64,000 nt of DNA. Origin: Antedon mediterranea. Lineage: Eukaryota; Animalia; Echinodermata. Within the stretch, counting starts at the first letter, position 1, and each line of letters begins with the position of its first letter. The stretch lies in NCBI RefSeq assembly GCF_964355755.1, contig NC_092679.1, forward strand, positions 11,639,432 to 11,703,431, read 5' to 3'. The notes under the pieces are model-generated. The model had not been told where the DNA came from and ran no database searches. It was given only the letters and a program-made list of their open reading frames with translations. This document shows, piece after piece, positions 63,053 through 64,000 of the stretch. A program made the position numbers and the translations under genes.

Positions 63053-64000
63053 GGGATCCAGTCAAGTCGCCCCATCGCAAAGTCGCCCCATACAAAGTCG
63101 CCCCTTACACAGTCGCCCCATCGCAAAGTCGCCCCAAAACAAAGTCGCCCCGGCACAGTCGCCCCATCGCAAAGTCGCCCCATTACAAAGTCGCCCCATC
63201 GCAAAGTCGCCCCATCGCAAAGTCGCCCCAACGCAAAGTCGCCCCATTGCAAAGTCGCCCCAAAACGTTAAAAAATAGTTTACAAGTGCGTAAAATGTTG
63301 CAATGATACACAAAATAACACAGAACGTGTAGGCATAGGGGAAGCCCCGCCATGTAGTCTCAGGTCACACGATCGGCACGCACCCCCATCAGAGAGGAAG
63401 CCCCCGACTAATCACTCCGCGGTCGCACTCCGCGGTCGCACTAACGTGCTAGCTCACCATGAGAGGGAAACCCCCGTAATTACTCCGCCGTTGCCGTTGT
63501 CGCGCTCTACAACGCACCATCTGAAGATGGGGAAACCCCGCCGGAGTTTTTATCGGTTTTAATCATATTGGGTGCGTTTGATATCGATTGCGTTGTTACT
63601 TTGGTCGCGCTAAATGTCGTATACATTATAATGTTTATCCTATTATATACATAATTTGTGTTTAAATTTTTATTTTACAGGTTTTAATGGAGTGATGTGC
63701 TTTTTAAAAATCATTTAAAAAAATAGTCCCTAAAAAGATTATCCCTGATTTATAGTTTCGAAAATGTTAATTTAATATGATTTTAAAATTAGTTACCACA
63801 GCCACAATTACGAATCTTTCTTCAACCTACGCGTGGATACCAGCTAATTTTTTAGGATAATATAATAAATGTATAAATGTGTAGTAGGCCTTCGTATAGA
63901 TTTACAGTAGTTAAAACAATAACAGTGTTGTAAGACAATAAGTGTTATAGGCTACTTATTGATCATTTTGCATTTATTGACAAGTTATGTGTCTTAATTT
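63053..64000. mobile_element. Second copy of the AAAGTCGCCCC foldback element, running off the window end
   Basis: Same GGGATCCAGTCAAG terminus. 63260-63550 is the reverse complement of 48230-48525, and 63554-64000 matches 46887-47340. Confidence 0.85.

Overview
AT-rich, intron-containing animal genomic DNA, probably from a marine invertebrate (taxon not determinable from sequence alone). It carries a few host genes in dense, nested transposon DNA. Host genes: a tandem cluster of METTL27/WBSCR27-like SAM methyltransferases (3' part of one copy at 2790-4602, a complete 229-aa copy at 37529-40002, a remnant near 30.4 kb), an MCFD2-like EF-hand gene (43270-45502) and an FBXO48-like gene (53183-59837). 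The largest element is a 16.35-kb DNA transposon (12671-29022; TACGG...CCGTA ends, perfect 6-bp TSD CTCTTC, IS3EU-like). It encodes an apparently intact spliced DDE transposase and a convergent, frame-disrupted UBL+HECT E3 ligase gene. Its TIRs contain promoter motifs, and a chimeric LINE is nested in the right TIR. Also present: two defective Academ elements, several Mutator-like, Kolobok-like and Harbinger-like MITEs, Helentron-type HINEs, a solo LTR, tRNA-derived SINEs, hammerhead-ribozyme relics and a putative Tc1-HTH/BEN fusion. Comparing duplicated sequences inside the window suggests the abundant TAGGCCTA/TAGCCTA and TACAGTA motifs are TA-duplicating transposon excision footprints. All calls come from reading by eye; no database searches were run.
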